A DNA stretch of 64,000 nucleotides, from positions 74 through 64,073 of the forward strand of contig RFOM01000014.1 of the NCBI GenBank assembly GCA_009926615.1, in the 5' to 3' direction. Under the pieces are notes generated by a model. That model was not told the DNA's origin. It worked only from the letters and a program-made list of their open reading frames with translations, and made no database searches. Position numbers and translations under genes: made by a program. Shown piece after piece: positions 28,643 to 37,776 of this stretch. Source of the DNA: Pseudomonadota bacterium. Lineage in GTDB: Bacteria; Bdellovibrionota_B; Oligoflexia; Silvanigrellales; Silvanigrellaceae. Every line of letters begins with the position of its first letter. The stretch's first letter is position 1.

Positions 28643-30011
28643 ATGTCAGAACCCTTGAAAAGCAAATCTTTTGTCATCCGGCAGAGTCTTTTTCGACGCA
28701 TCCTTATCCTGATGACTCTTGCAGCCGTCGCAATCGGTGTCATCGTGGTCGGTCTTTTCAGGATGTCCACACAACGTCGGCTTGAATCACGATACAACAT
28801 TGCTCTCAGGAACATTGGCATCTACGCGAAGGGAGTCAGTGCAGAGCTGGATCATTTCAAAGATTCTGAACTTCAAGATGCTGTCGAACGACTTTTGCAG
28901 GAGCGTGGATTCCTGACACGTGTGCGGCTTCCGGATGGTAGGTATGTCGAGTCGAAAGTTCAGCGAACCGACGATATTTTCAGTAACGCTGAAACGATTG
29001 ATTCATGGCTCTGGCGAAAAGAAGGAACCAAGTTTGCTTTCGTCAAAGGTCGACCCGTGCTGTCGGTCGCAGGTCAATCTTTTCACGGCAATCGCGAATA
29101 TCTATTCACGATGGAGCGTCCCGACTCCATCGATTTCGACGAGCGCATCCTCGTTCTGGGGATTGCCCTGCCTCTTCTTGTCATAGGATTGCTCTATCAG
29201 GGAGTTCGCCGGATGCTCCTCCCGCTCAAGACTCTCCAACAGGGTGTGGAGAGTGTTTCACAGGGGAACCTCGCAGTCCAACTGGATGACTCGGGCCATG
29301 ATGAGCTGGCCGTGCTGGCAAATTCATTCAACCGGATGACTTTTGAATTGAAGCGCATGATGGCCTCCCGTGAAGAATTGCTTCTGGGTGTGAGTCACGA
29401 ATTGCGAACACCGCTCACACGTGCCCCGCAAACTGCAGCTCGGTGAAGATTTTCGCGAAATGTCTTTGCTTGTCGATGAACTTCTTGAATTTGGAAGGTT
29501 GCGCGGCGGTTTGAAGCTCGATACCGAAGTGATTTCAGTTCGTGAAGTATTGCGATGGTCGCAGGAGATTGCAGGGGCTCTGCCCGAGTTCCAGTCTGAA
29601 AATGGAATTATTGCAGTTGTCGGGCATGGAGAGATCCTCGAAAAGTCTTTGAAGGTGGACAGATTGCGTGTTGTTCGCATCATCCGCAATCTGCTTGAAA
29701 ATGCAGCTCGCTATGCAACAAGGCCTGAAGATCAACTTCGAATGGACGTTGGCGCACAGATAGAGGCTGAGCAGGTTGTTTTTTTCTTTCGCGACAATGG
29801 CAAGGGAATTCCGGAATCCGACTGCGAACGAATTTTTGAGCCTTTTTCACGCATAGAGTCATCGCGTTCACGCAAGTATGGAGGGCTGGGGTTGGGATTG
29901 TCGTTGGCCCGCTCCATTGCCGAAGCCCACGGCGGCTCGCTCATGCTCACACGCTATTCACCCGCAGGAGCCGAATTCAGGCTGAGCCTTCCGCTCGCAA
30001 GCCAAGATTGA
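28643..30011 (+). pseudogene. Sensor histidine kinase interrupted by a +1 frameshift just after the H-box
   Basis: ORF 28643..29446 carries TM, HAMP and the H-box SHELRTPLTR, then stops after 8 aa. ORF 29421..30011 in the +1 frame continues with LQLGEDF... and the HATPase_c N/G boxes (RNLLENAARYA, DNGKGIPE, GGLGLGLS). The switch lies at GTGCCCCGC (29421-29429). Confidence 0.75.
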
Positions 30012-30134
30012 TGCTTCACATATTCAGTCTTGCAGGGAAATGAAATGAAAATTTGACTGTCATTCTCTCGGGCTGTTTCAATTTTCAATATTGGGTTGTT
30101 AGAATCCACGCATGCCAAATTCAGGGAGCATTTC

Positions 30135-30686
30135 ATGTCCGAGCGCAAGATTGTCGTCCTGTTTTTTCATCCCAATTTGAAGACCTCCAAAGTCGGAAGT
30201 GCGCTGAGCGAGACCGCTGCAAGAATTCCGGGGGTTTTGTTCAGAGATATGTACGGGATCTATCCTGATTACTTGATTGACGTCAAACGGGAACAGCAGA
30301 TTGCCGAAGCACATGATCTGATCGTTTTTCAGCATCCTGTCTACTGGTATTCGTGTCCGCCGCTGATGAAATTGTGGATTGATGAAGTTCTCGAATACGG
30401 CTGGGCATACGGCAGCGGCGGAAACAAATTACACGGCAAACAGATGCTGAATGCGGTCAGTGCCGGCGGTTCGAGTGAGGCATACAGCAGCGCAGGAAGC
30501 AACCGTTTTGAAATCTCGACGTTCTTTACTCCATTCAATCAAACTGCGCATTTGTGTGGAATGAAATATGCCAATCCGCACGTTCTCTTTGGTGCGCGCG
30601 GACTCTCGCAAGCTGAAATTGAAAGCGAATGTCATTCCTACGAAAACCTTCTTCAAAACTACATCCGCACGGGAGAGCTGCCATGA
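30135..30686 (+). CDS. KefF/KefG-type flavodoxin-like NAD(P)H oxidoreductase (K+ efflux ancillary protein)
   Basis: KIVVLFFHPNLKTSKV...DLIVFQHPVYWYSCPPLMKLWIDEV is typical of KefF/KefG. The stop overlaps the kefC-like start (ATGA). Confidence 0.8.
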   Translation: MSERKIVVLFFHPNLKTSKVGSALSETAARIPGVLFRDMYGIYPDYLIDVKREQQIAEAHDLIVFQHPVYWYSCPPLMKLWIDEVLEYGWAYGSGGNKLHGKQMLNAVSAGGSSEAYSSAGSNRFEISTFFTPFNQTAHLCGMKYANPHVLFGARGLSQAEIESECHSYENLLQNYIRTGELP

Positions 30687-32512
30687 GTGGAGTGAATTTG
30701 CTTGGAACCATTGCAGCTCTTTTGGCGGCGGGCGTGGTCAGTGTTCCGGTGGCAAAGCGTCTTGGCTTGGGAAGTGTTCTCGGCTATCTCGTGGCAGGAG
30801 CGGTGATTGGACCATACTGTCTCAAGCTGCTGACAAACTCAGACGACGTTTTGCATGTTGCCGAGTTCGGCGTCGTGATGTTGCTCTTTTTAGTGGGCCT
30901 TGAACTCGAACCAAAGCGCTTGTGGTCATTGCGCAAAAGCATTTTTGGCCTCGGCACACTGCAGGTGATTTTGTGTGCGGCTGTGATCGCTCTTGTCACG
31001 AGATCATACACCGGATGGAATCTTTCAGCTGCGACTGTGGCGGGTCTGGGTTTCGCCATGAGTTCGACTGCCATTGTCTTGCAGATACTTGCGGAGCGCG
31101 GCCTGACGCAGACAGCGTTGGGCAAGGATTCATTTGCTGTACTTCTTTTTCAGGATTTGGCAGTCATCCCGATTTTGGCCATCCTTCCTTTGCTTGGCAC
31201 CGAGCAACAGAATTCCGTAACTGGTCCTGCAGCCATGTCTCCAGTCTTACGCTCGATAGCGGCGGTCGGCATCATTCTGGGTTTGATTTTGTTCAGTCGA
31301 ACACTTGTCCGTCCGCTCTTTCACTGGGTCGCCAAAACGCGTCAAAAGGAAATCTTCACCGCTCTGTCCTTGTTGATAGTCGTGGGGATCGCCATTCTCA
31401 TGGACAGCATTGGTTTGTCGATGGCATTGGGAACATTCCTTGCCGGAGTCGTACTCGCGGAGTCCGAATACCGGCATGAACTTCAAAGCAATGTCGAACC
31501 GTTCAAAGGGCTTCTACTCGGGATATTTTTTACGGCTGTCGGCAGCTCGATGAATTTTTCGATTTTTTCGGCAAAGCCGCTTCAAATTCTGATGACCGTC
31601 TTTTTGCTGCTGATCAGCAAAATTATCATTCTGAAAATATGTGCAAAGTTGTTTAACCACCAGTCGCGCAATTCTTGGTTGTTTTCGTTGTTGCTGTCGC
31701 AGGGCGGTGAGTTTGCCTTTGTGTTGTTCACCACAGCCCGTGGTTTGGGTGCGCTCAGCGCCGACCAGTCCGCCGAATTGACGTTGGTCGTTGCACTATC
31801 GATGTTCACTACACCCTTTTTGTTGAAGGCGACTGAACGATGGTTGCGGGAGAAACCGGCCGGCAAGAGGAAGGAAGCTGACGCGTTTGACTCCGCGCAT
31901 GATCCGGTAATTATTGCGGGAATGGGACGGTTCGGACAAATTGTGGTTCGACTGCTTCATTCTCAGTCGATCCGCGCCACGGTCATTGATTTCAGTCCCG
32001 ATCTTCTGGAACTTGTCCGTCCGTTTGGACTCAAGGTTTATTACGGAGATGCAACTGATTTGGCAGTCCTTGAAGCTGCCGGCATTGAGCACGCAAAGGT
32101 TCTGGTTCTTGCTATCGATGATGTGAAGGGTTGTTTGCGTGCAGCCGAGCAAGTGCGCAAACACTACCCGCATGTTCGGGTCTTGGTTCGCGCCCGCGAT
32201 ATGACTCATCTGCACGAGATCCATAAATTGGGGATCACCGACACCGAGCGGGAGACTTTCAGTGCGGCACTTGCGCTGGGTGAGAAAGCTCTTTTGGCGC
32301 TGGGATTTCACCCCCATACGGCACGAAAGAGGAGCAAGATTTTTCATCAATATGATTTGGAGGTCATTAGTAAAATGCAGCATCTTTGGGATGACAGGGC
32401 TACATATGCCTCGTCGGCCAAAAAGGCTCGCGAAGAACTGGAGCGTATTTTTGCGGAGGATCAAAAGAATCTTAATCACGGTGGTGCTGACACTGCATGG
32501 GTGGTCAAATAA
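30683..32512 (+). CDS. kefC: Glutathione-regulated K+ efflux system protein KefC/KefB (CPA2 antiporter plus RCK/TrkA-N domain)
   Basis: About 12 TM segments in the CPA2 domain (GSVLGYLVAGAVIGP). C-terminal Rossmann VIIAGMGRFGQ. Coupled to the KefF/G-like gene. Confidence 0.85.
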   Translation: MSGVNLLGTIAALLAAGVVSVPVAKRLGLGSVLGYLVAGAVIGPYCLKLLTNSDDVLHVAEFGVVMLLFLVGLELEPKRLWSLRKSIFGLGTLQVILCAAVIALVTRSYTGWNLSAATVAGLGFAMSSTAIVLQILAERGLTQTALGKDSFAVLLFQDLAVIPILAILPLLGTEQQNSVTGPAAMSPVLRSIAAVGIILGLILFSRTLVRPLFHWVAKTRQKEIFTALSLLIVVGIAILMDSIGLSMALGTFLAGVVLAESEYRHELQSNVEPFKGLLLGIFFTAVGSSMNFSIFSAKPLQILMTVFLLLISKIIILKICAKLFNHQSRNSWLFSLLLSQGGEFAFVLFTTARGLGALSADQSAELTLVVALSMFTTPFLLKATERWLREKPAGKRKEADAFDSAHDPVIIAGMGRFGQIVVRLLHSQSIRATVIDFSPDLLELVRPFGLKVYYGDATDLAVLEAAGIEHAKVLVLAIDDVKGCLRAAEQVRKHYPHVRVLVRARDMTHLHEIHKLGITDTERETFSAALALGEKALLALGFHPHTARKRSKIFHQYDLEVISKMQHLWDDRATYASSAKKAREELERIFAEDQKNLNHGGADTAWVVK

Positions 32513-32577
32513 CCAATACGACCGCTCAATGGCAGCGATGCGGGAAAAAAAGCACGCAGAATAAATCTCAGTCGTTC

Positions 32578-32817
32578 TTACTTCAACTTCCATCTGCAAA
32601 TGTATTCAATTCGCGGAAAGCAAAATCCAATGGCCTCGTTCTTTGTCGTCTTCACAACCGATCCGCAACCGCTTAAGACGTATTTTTTGTTATTTGCCGT
32701 CACTTCGCATTTTCCGTTCTTTCCTTTTATAACGGGGTTCGCATCAGCCTCGGGCGCATAAGCAACCAGCGCCATGTTTACAAAAAAAATTGACACAAAA
32801 AACGCAGTAATCTTCAT
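32578..32817 (-). CDS. Small exported Cys-containing protein
   Basis: ATG 32817 gives MKITAFFVSIFFVNMALVAYA, a signal peptide, followed by a ~55-aa mature part with 4 Cys. Lies 119 nt downstream of the rhodopsin gene on the same strand. Confidence 0.4.
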   Translation of the reverse strand: MKITAFFVSIFFVNMALVAYAPEADANPVIKGKNGKCEVTANNKKYVLSGCGSVVKTTKNEAIGFCFPRIEYICRWKLK

Positions 32818-32936
32818 AAAAAAACCCCTGTTGCTGTGAACTGCGAAACTCCGGACTACCGAAACCTGAGGCGAACGAACGTGAAACAGACGAAAGTCCG
32901 AGCGCGCGGCATTCAGACTTTCCGTGGATGACAACT

Positions 32937-33653
32937 TCACTCATCACTTCGGGACAATGAGTAGATCACAAGACCGAAGCCAATTTTGTTGATGGCATCA
33001 GCGATGTTGTAAACTATATCCATCGCTTTTCCCGCAGCTGCAGCATCTGAAACAAGCTGCATTCCCAACAATCCACCCGGAGTGCCAAGAATGTAACCGA
33101 GCGGATAAACAGCCCATCCCACCAACACAAACCACGCCAGAATTCTCGTCGCTTTGGCAACCTGCGGGCCGGCCGACTGCGCCAGATTCGCAACTTCGCC
33201 GAACCATATGAGATATACAATGTAGAAGTACGCAATCGATGACAGCACTCCCCACAGCACACTGCTGCTCCGGTACACCGTTTCACCCAGGTACCCCGTG
33301 ACAAGCATGACGACTGAAGCTGCAATGAGTCGCCACAACAATCCTATCTTCGCACCGGCCTTCTTGGTGATCAGATAGAACTCGACGCACATGAGCGGCA
33401 CTGTCAACAACCAATCCACATAACGAAAGAAAGTCGGAGAATCTCCGGTCTGAAGATTGTAGCCGCGCATGTAGTAGTAATGCACCGCGGCAATAAACGT
33501 GATCAATCCGGAAACCAGCACGGACGTTTGCCACTTCTTCGGCGTGTTTCCGACCTCGAAAAAGAAAAAGACTGAAGCAGCCATCATGGCCATCGTACCA
33601 ATGAAAAATGTAAACGCGACGTAATTGTCGCTGGCAATCTTTAACGCTTCCAT
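32937..33653 (-). CDS. Proteorhodopsin-type microbial rhodopsin (DTE motif, predicted outward H+ pump)
   Basis: 7-TM protein. HYYYMRGYNLQTGDSPTFFRYVDWLLTVPLMCVEFYLI aligns with green PR HYMYMRGVWIETGDSPTVFRYIDWLLTVPLLICEFYLI. YNIADAINKIGFGL carries the Schiff-base Lys (PR YNLADFVNKILFGL). Confidence 0.9.
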   Translation of the reverse strand: MEALKIASDNYVAFTFFIGTMAMMAASVFFFFEVGNTPKKWQTSVLVSGLITFIAAVHYYYMRGYNLQTGDSPTFFRYVDWLLTVPLMCVEFYLITKKAGAKIGLLWRLIAASVVMLVTGYLGETVYRSSSVLWGVLSSIAYFYIVYLIWFGEVANLAQSAGPQVAKATRILAWFVLVGWAVYPLGYILGTPGGLLGMQLVSDAAAAGKAMDIVYNIADAINKIGFGLVIYSLSRSDE

Positions 33654-33975
33654 CCGTCACCCCCTGTTTTGGTCTTATTGATGGTGGTCGACGTATGCTG
33701 TGCAAACTTGAGTTATATCGAAAATTGATTCAATTATCATATATTATCGACTAATTAGGCGCGCCACGATTCTACAGCTTTAAACTAAGGTTGTTGGCAA
33801 AATAATAGTTTTCGCCGCTTTTTCGCCAGTCAAACGGAGAATGCCGGCCGTGAAGGGAGCATTCTCAAGTCGGGTATTTTTTGCATGAAAGCAGCTTTCA
33901 GAACGATTTATCACAAATTTTCTATTGAAGCTGATGAAAATCAAGGCTAGCCGAGTTTTCAGAGAGGGCCGGAAT

Positions 33976-35004
33976 ATGAAAAAGTCATTCTTCACAAACA
34001 ATGCTTTAAAAATTTTAATCGCCACGCTTCTGATTCAAAACTCAGTCCACCCGTGCGCAACAGCAAGTCTGATTGAAAATCTTTCCCTGCAAAGCCGGCA
34101 GTCGAACCAATACACACGGTCAATAGCAGACCTCGCGGCCGATGCGAAGACTGTCGTGGATGCGGGAATCAAAGAGTTTAACGCTGAAACCCTTCCGCAT
34201 GAGGCTAAAGATCTCCGCAAACAAATTGTCCGCATGCGCGATATTATGGATATATTTTCTCACAATTTTGCGCACGAAACTGACCTTTGGGACGATGTCC
34301 GCGACGGTTTGGATGACGGATATACCGTCGTTGGAGATTTTAAGGACCTCTTTGACACAAATCCGCAAGCTGTCGAAAGTTTATCCGCCGGAAAAGAACC
34401 CAAGTATAAGGATGAAAAGAAACTGAAGGAGCGGCGAAAGAAGGTCCTCCGTTGGAAGAGTCATTATTTTGCAGAGGGCGGATTGTCTGAAAAAATATGG
34501 GCCGCTTTCTTCGAAATACGACCGTTAGACTCATCAAATATCGTTCAGTCCAAGAAGTATTCCGACTTCTTTTGGGGCGGCGTAAATCAGCTGCCTCTTG
34601 CTCTGAATTCACCTGCACAGAACGCCCGCATTCTTGTGAATGCACAATCTGATTTGGCTGACGCGGAACACCCTGTCGTGCTTGCGATAAAGGATCCGGG
34701 CACACATGAAAATGAAATTCTCTTCCATAATCACCGCAAACGCCTTCGTACAATTGCAAAGGTCTGCCATGTTGCGAACGCCATGACCAAGCACACCTGT
34801 CGGGGCGATTCGATGAAGGAAATTGAAAACTTGGTTACCGCTTTGGGAGAGATCGAGGATTTGATCATTACCGGCCGGCACCTCGAGGAAGACAAAAAAG
34901 AATCGAAGGCAGAAGTAGCCTACGAAGAAGCGAAGAAAAAATTTAAAAAACTGAAAAAAGAATTCGAAGGAAAAAACATGCTGGAGGCGCTGGATTCTCT
35001 TTAA
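33976..35004 (+). CDS. Exported helical hypothetical protein with Lys/Glu-rich C-terminus
   Basis: Signal-like N-terminus MKKSFFTNNALKILIATLLIQNS. Predicted helical. No confident family; a weak CHAD-like HNHRKRLRTIAKV segment is only an impression. Confidence 0.45.
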   Translation: MKKSFFTNNALKILIATLLIQNSVHPCATASLIENLSLQSRQSNQYTRSIADLAADAKTVVDAGIKEFNAETLPHEAKDLRKQIVRMRDIMDIFSHNFAHETDLWDDVRDGLDDGYTVVGDFKDLFDTNPQAVESLSAGKEPKYKDEKKLKERRKKVLRWKSHYFAEGGLSEKIWAAFFEIRPLDSSNIVQSKKYSDFFWGGVNQLPLALNSPAQNARILVNAQSDLADAEHPVVLAIKDPGTHENEILFHNHRKRLRTIAKVCHVANAMTKHTCRGDSMKEIENLVTALGEIEDLIITGRHLEEDKKESKAEVAYEEAKKKFKKLKKEFEGKNMLEALDSL

Positions 35005-35013
35005 GAGAGCTGC

Positions 35014-35784
35014 TTGCTTTGCTGCACCGTCGTGAAGGAGTTTATTGCATTGAGCTTTCGTCCGACTTTTACCTTTCTCGTGGTTGTTGCGGGTTCCGTA
35101 TGTTTTCCTCTCGCTTCGGGCGCGGCTGCGCAGAACTCATGCACCGCGTCGCGTTGCCGCTCTGAGGCCTCCGACCTCCTATGGTTCGAAGAGAATTCGA
35201 GAGCAGAGGCGGTGTGGTCTCCTTTCGGAGTTTCACACCGCGGTGCGAAACAACTTAGAAATTGGATTCAGACAGCAAAGCAGGGGCAAAAAATTCCGGA
35301 TTTCACAAACTCTTTGAGTCTGAACTGTTGGGAGTACGTTCTCTACACGGGACTGCGACTTGGCGAGCTTGATCTGGAAGCTGTTAATGCTTTGTACCGC
35401 AAGAGAGCCGCTGGCGAAAAGCTCTCGGAAAATTTCGGTCAGCCAGTTGGCAGCGCACGCTATATAATCAGAAGTTCGTCTGTCAAAGTCACATGGCCTC
35501 GCGAGATCGAAGCCGGCGACGCAGTTTTTATGGATGAAACAAGCCACGTGGTACAGCTTCTGGGTTCACGCGATGAAATTGGCAGAGAACGTGTCGTCAG
35601 CTTCAGTCCCCGCCCGATTTGGGGTGACGGCTCGCAGGAAGTGCCTGTTCCGAACATGCGCCCCGAAGTCACAACGGTCGAGTCTCTCGTTGAGGAAATG
35701 ATTAGACTATACCCTGATGTTCCGACAGACTGGCAAGACATTGAACTCAAAATTGTTCGGCCACCGGCGAAGAAACATAAGTAA
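35014..35784 (+). CDS. Exported hypothetical protein, possible papain-like Cys/His hydrolase fold
   Basis: Hydrophobic N-terminus FTFLVVVAGSVCFPLASGAAA. Candidate nucleophile context LNCWEYVLY and downstream His SHVVQLLG. Speculative. Confidence 0.4.
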   Translation: MLCCTVVKEFIALSFRPTFTFLVVVAGSVCFPLASGAAAQNSCTASRCRSEASDLLWFEENSRAEAVWSPFGVSHRGAKQLRNWIQTAKQGQKIPDFTNSLSLNCWEYVLYTGLRLGELDLEAVNALYRKRAAGEKLSENFGQPVGSARYIIRSSSVKVTWPREIEAGDAVFMDETSHVVQLLGSRDEIGRERVVSFSPRPIWGDGSQEVPVPNMRPEVTTVESLVEEMIRLYPDVPTDWQDIELKIVRPPAKKHK

Positions 35785-35885
35785 AAAAGAATTTTCAACT
35801 TCATCCATGTCTGCGCGGTTTTCAAGAAAGCAATTGCAGTTTCCCTCGAGGCCTGACACTTCTGAATGGCCGTTCCGGAAGATTC

Positions 35886-37574
35886 TCACCGAGAGAATCG
35901 CTCTTTTTTTCCATCGACGGGCAGGATGCAAACAACAGTACTGACAGGCTTCGCCTCTCCACCGTCCGGCCAATGGCTGGTCAGTCCAATGCCAGCTTTG
36001 GCATATGAACCTTCACCGGGATGCTGCACACTTAACAGCAGTCCAGAGCCGTCAGGCAGGAAGGTGGGACCCGTCAGTTCGGCATCACGCGGCGCCTGAA
36101 TAAAATGTCTGGCAAAAACACTGCCTGCAATGTCAGTCTCAAGCCGAAACATCGAGTTTCGGCCAAACGAACTCAATGCCCCCTTGCCCATCGCCGGAGC
36201 GCTCATGTCTGTGCAGGCCCAAAGCAAATTGCCCGGGCCGAACGTCAGATTGTCGGGACATGACATTCCGGTCCGTATACCTCCTGTCGCAAAAGTCTGG
36301 AAAGAAAATCTTTTCTCTCCGGCATCACCATTGTTCTCACGCAGCAAGTTCACAGACCCGTAAATATCTCCCGCATCCGCATTGTTTGTGAGCGCAAAAT
36401 AAACATCACCATTGGAAGGATCGATCTTAATGTCTTCCGGCCTGTTCAATTTGGTACCGCCCGCAAGCTTTGCCGCCTCACGCGTGTTGATCAAAATTCC
36501 AGACAGATTTTTAAATCTGTCATCTTTTGCCAAGTTCGGATTTTCCGGACTGAGGTGAATCCATTCCCCTTTGCTGAAGTTGGCAACATAAAGATCTCCA
36601 TCAACGAGCAAATCTGTGTCTCTCACCGGATCGCCTGTGACTCTTCCCTTTGATACGAATTTGTAAATGCACTGACCTTTTGCATCGTCGCCAAGATAGA
36701 CAACAACATTGCCGGCCTTTGATTTCGTCAGGGTTGCGCCCTCGTGGGCAAACCGTCCAAGTGCAGTCAATTTGCGCGCACTCTGTGTTGCCGGATTCAC
36801 TTCAACGACCCAGCCGTAATCCTCCTCGGAGCGCGGATATTGAATTCCCCAGCCGTAGTATGAATGAAACGTGCCCTCGTTTTCTTTGAAATAAACATCA
36901 TAGTTTTCCTCAGCGGTCAGAATTGTTCCCCAAGGCGTAAAACCGCCGGAGCAATTGGCGAGGGTTCCAAGAACAGTTCTCCCGCCCGCAGGCCCGACAA
37001 GCGGAATTGGAGTGTTTGCATCCAGCCGAAAGGCAAGCTGAGAATCTGATTTGACCTGCCAACGCTGACTGCCGTCCTTTTGTTTTACCTTTAAAAGCTC
37101 AACGTAACTTCCACCGACAAGCTTCATTTCTGCATCAATTTGTTCTTTACTTTTCTCGGTGGGACTCAGAATTTTTCCGTAGAGAACGTTGTCCAAGAGA
37201 TATTCATGATTGACCCAGAGAAATGCCTGACCCGAGGTTTGACCGCGCATGAAATGAAGAAAATCACAGCAGTCACCCGCTCTGTCGCCCCGTGAGTTGA
37301 TAACATCACCTGTTCTCAGCAAAGGATACCATGTGAATCCCTCGGCCACTGAAAGCTCATCCCGAGCTGAGTAACCCAGCGGGCGAAACGCCTTTTTGCG
37401 CCGCGGATCGCCGAATCCCATTCTCATTTCTTCGGACATCAGATTTGCTGCATGAGCACGAGGGTCATCCGAAAGGCTTTTACTTCCTGCTGCAAATGCC
37501 TCAGAGCGTTCGATAGCTGAAGCGAACGTGGCCAAAATGCCTGATGTGATAAAATTTCTGCGGTTAATTGTCAT
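35886..37574 (-). CDS. phoX: PhoX-family alkaline phosphatase (DUF839), Tat-exported
   Basis: Twin-arginine leader MTINRRNFITSGILATFASA. PhoX-like blocks NRPEDIKIDPSNGDVYFALTNN and TFLPDGSGLLLSVQHPGEG. Confidence 0.8.
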   Translation of the reverse strand: MTINRRNFITSGILATFASAIERSEAFAAGSKSLSDDPRAHAANLMSEEMRMGFGDPRRKKAFRPLGYSARDELSVAEGFTWYPLLRTGDVINSRGDRAGDCCDFLHFMRGQTSGQAFLWVNHEYLLDNVLYGKILSPTEKSKEQIDAEMKLVGGSYVELLKVKQKDGSQRWQVKSDSQLAFRLDANTPIPLVGPAGGRTVLGTLANCSGGFTPWGTILTAEENYDVYFKENEGTFHSYYGWGIQYPRSEEDYGWVVEVNPATQSARKLTALGRFAHEGATLTKSKAGNVVVYLGDDAKGQCIYKFVSKGRVTGDPVRDTDLLVDGDLYVANFSKGEWIHLSPENPNLAKDDRFKNLSGILINTREAAKLAGGTKLNRPEDIKIDPSNGDVYFALTNNADAGDIYGSVNLLRENNGDAGEKRFSFQTFATGGIRTGMSCPDNLTFGPGNLLWACTDMSAPAMGKGALSSFGRNSMFRLETDIAGSVFARHFIQAPRDAELTGPTFLPDGSGLLLSVQHPGEGSYAKAGIGLTSHWPDGGEAKPVSTVVCILPVDGKKERFSR

Positions 37575-37630
37575 CGCCTGATCCCTCCAGAGTGCGATTA
37601 TCAGGGCGTAAATCGCTAAATTCGCGATTG

Positions 37631-37661
37631 TTGTGAATTGGATATTGTGATGAATTTGTGA
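37631..37661. promoter_or_regulatory. Three direct TTGTGA hexamers in the phoX / 37777(+) divergent intergenic region
   Basis: TTGTGA at 37631, 37645 and 37656 (start-to-start spacing 14 and 11 nt). Reads TCACAA toward phoX. Confidence 0.3.
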
Positions 37662-37776
37662 GGTTTCAATGGATCACATGAAGGCCGGCTCCAAGTCGTG
37701 CGGCCCCCTTTGCGACATTCACCTTATTATGCTAAACACATAAGCAAATTCAGTCCAACTTTGAGGGATACCCGAA

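Noticed and set aside
28159-28821. 220-aa minus-strand ORF across the RR/HK junction
   Set aside because: It is antisense to two well-supported two-component genes. No motifs.
31796-32599. 267-aa minus-strand ORF overlapping the kefC 3' half
   Set aside because: It is a shadow ORF. The kefC frame has the Rossmann GxGxxG motif and the full RCK domain.
33283-33705. 140-aa alternate-frame ORF over the rhodopsin gene, plus 32998..33255 and 33014..33325
   Set aside because: Only the 32937..33653 frame gives seven TM helices and the retinal-binding Lys motif.
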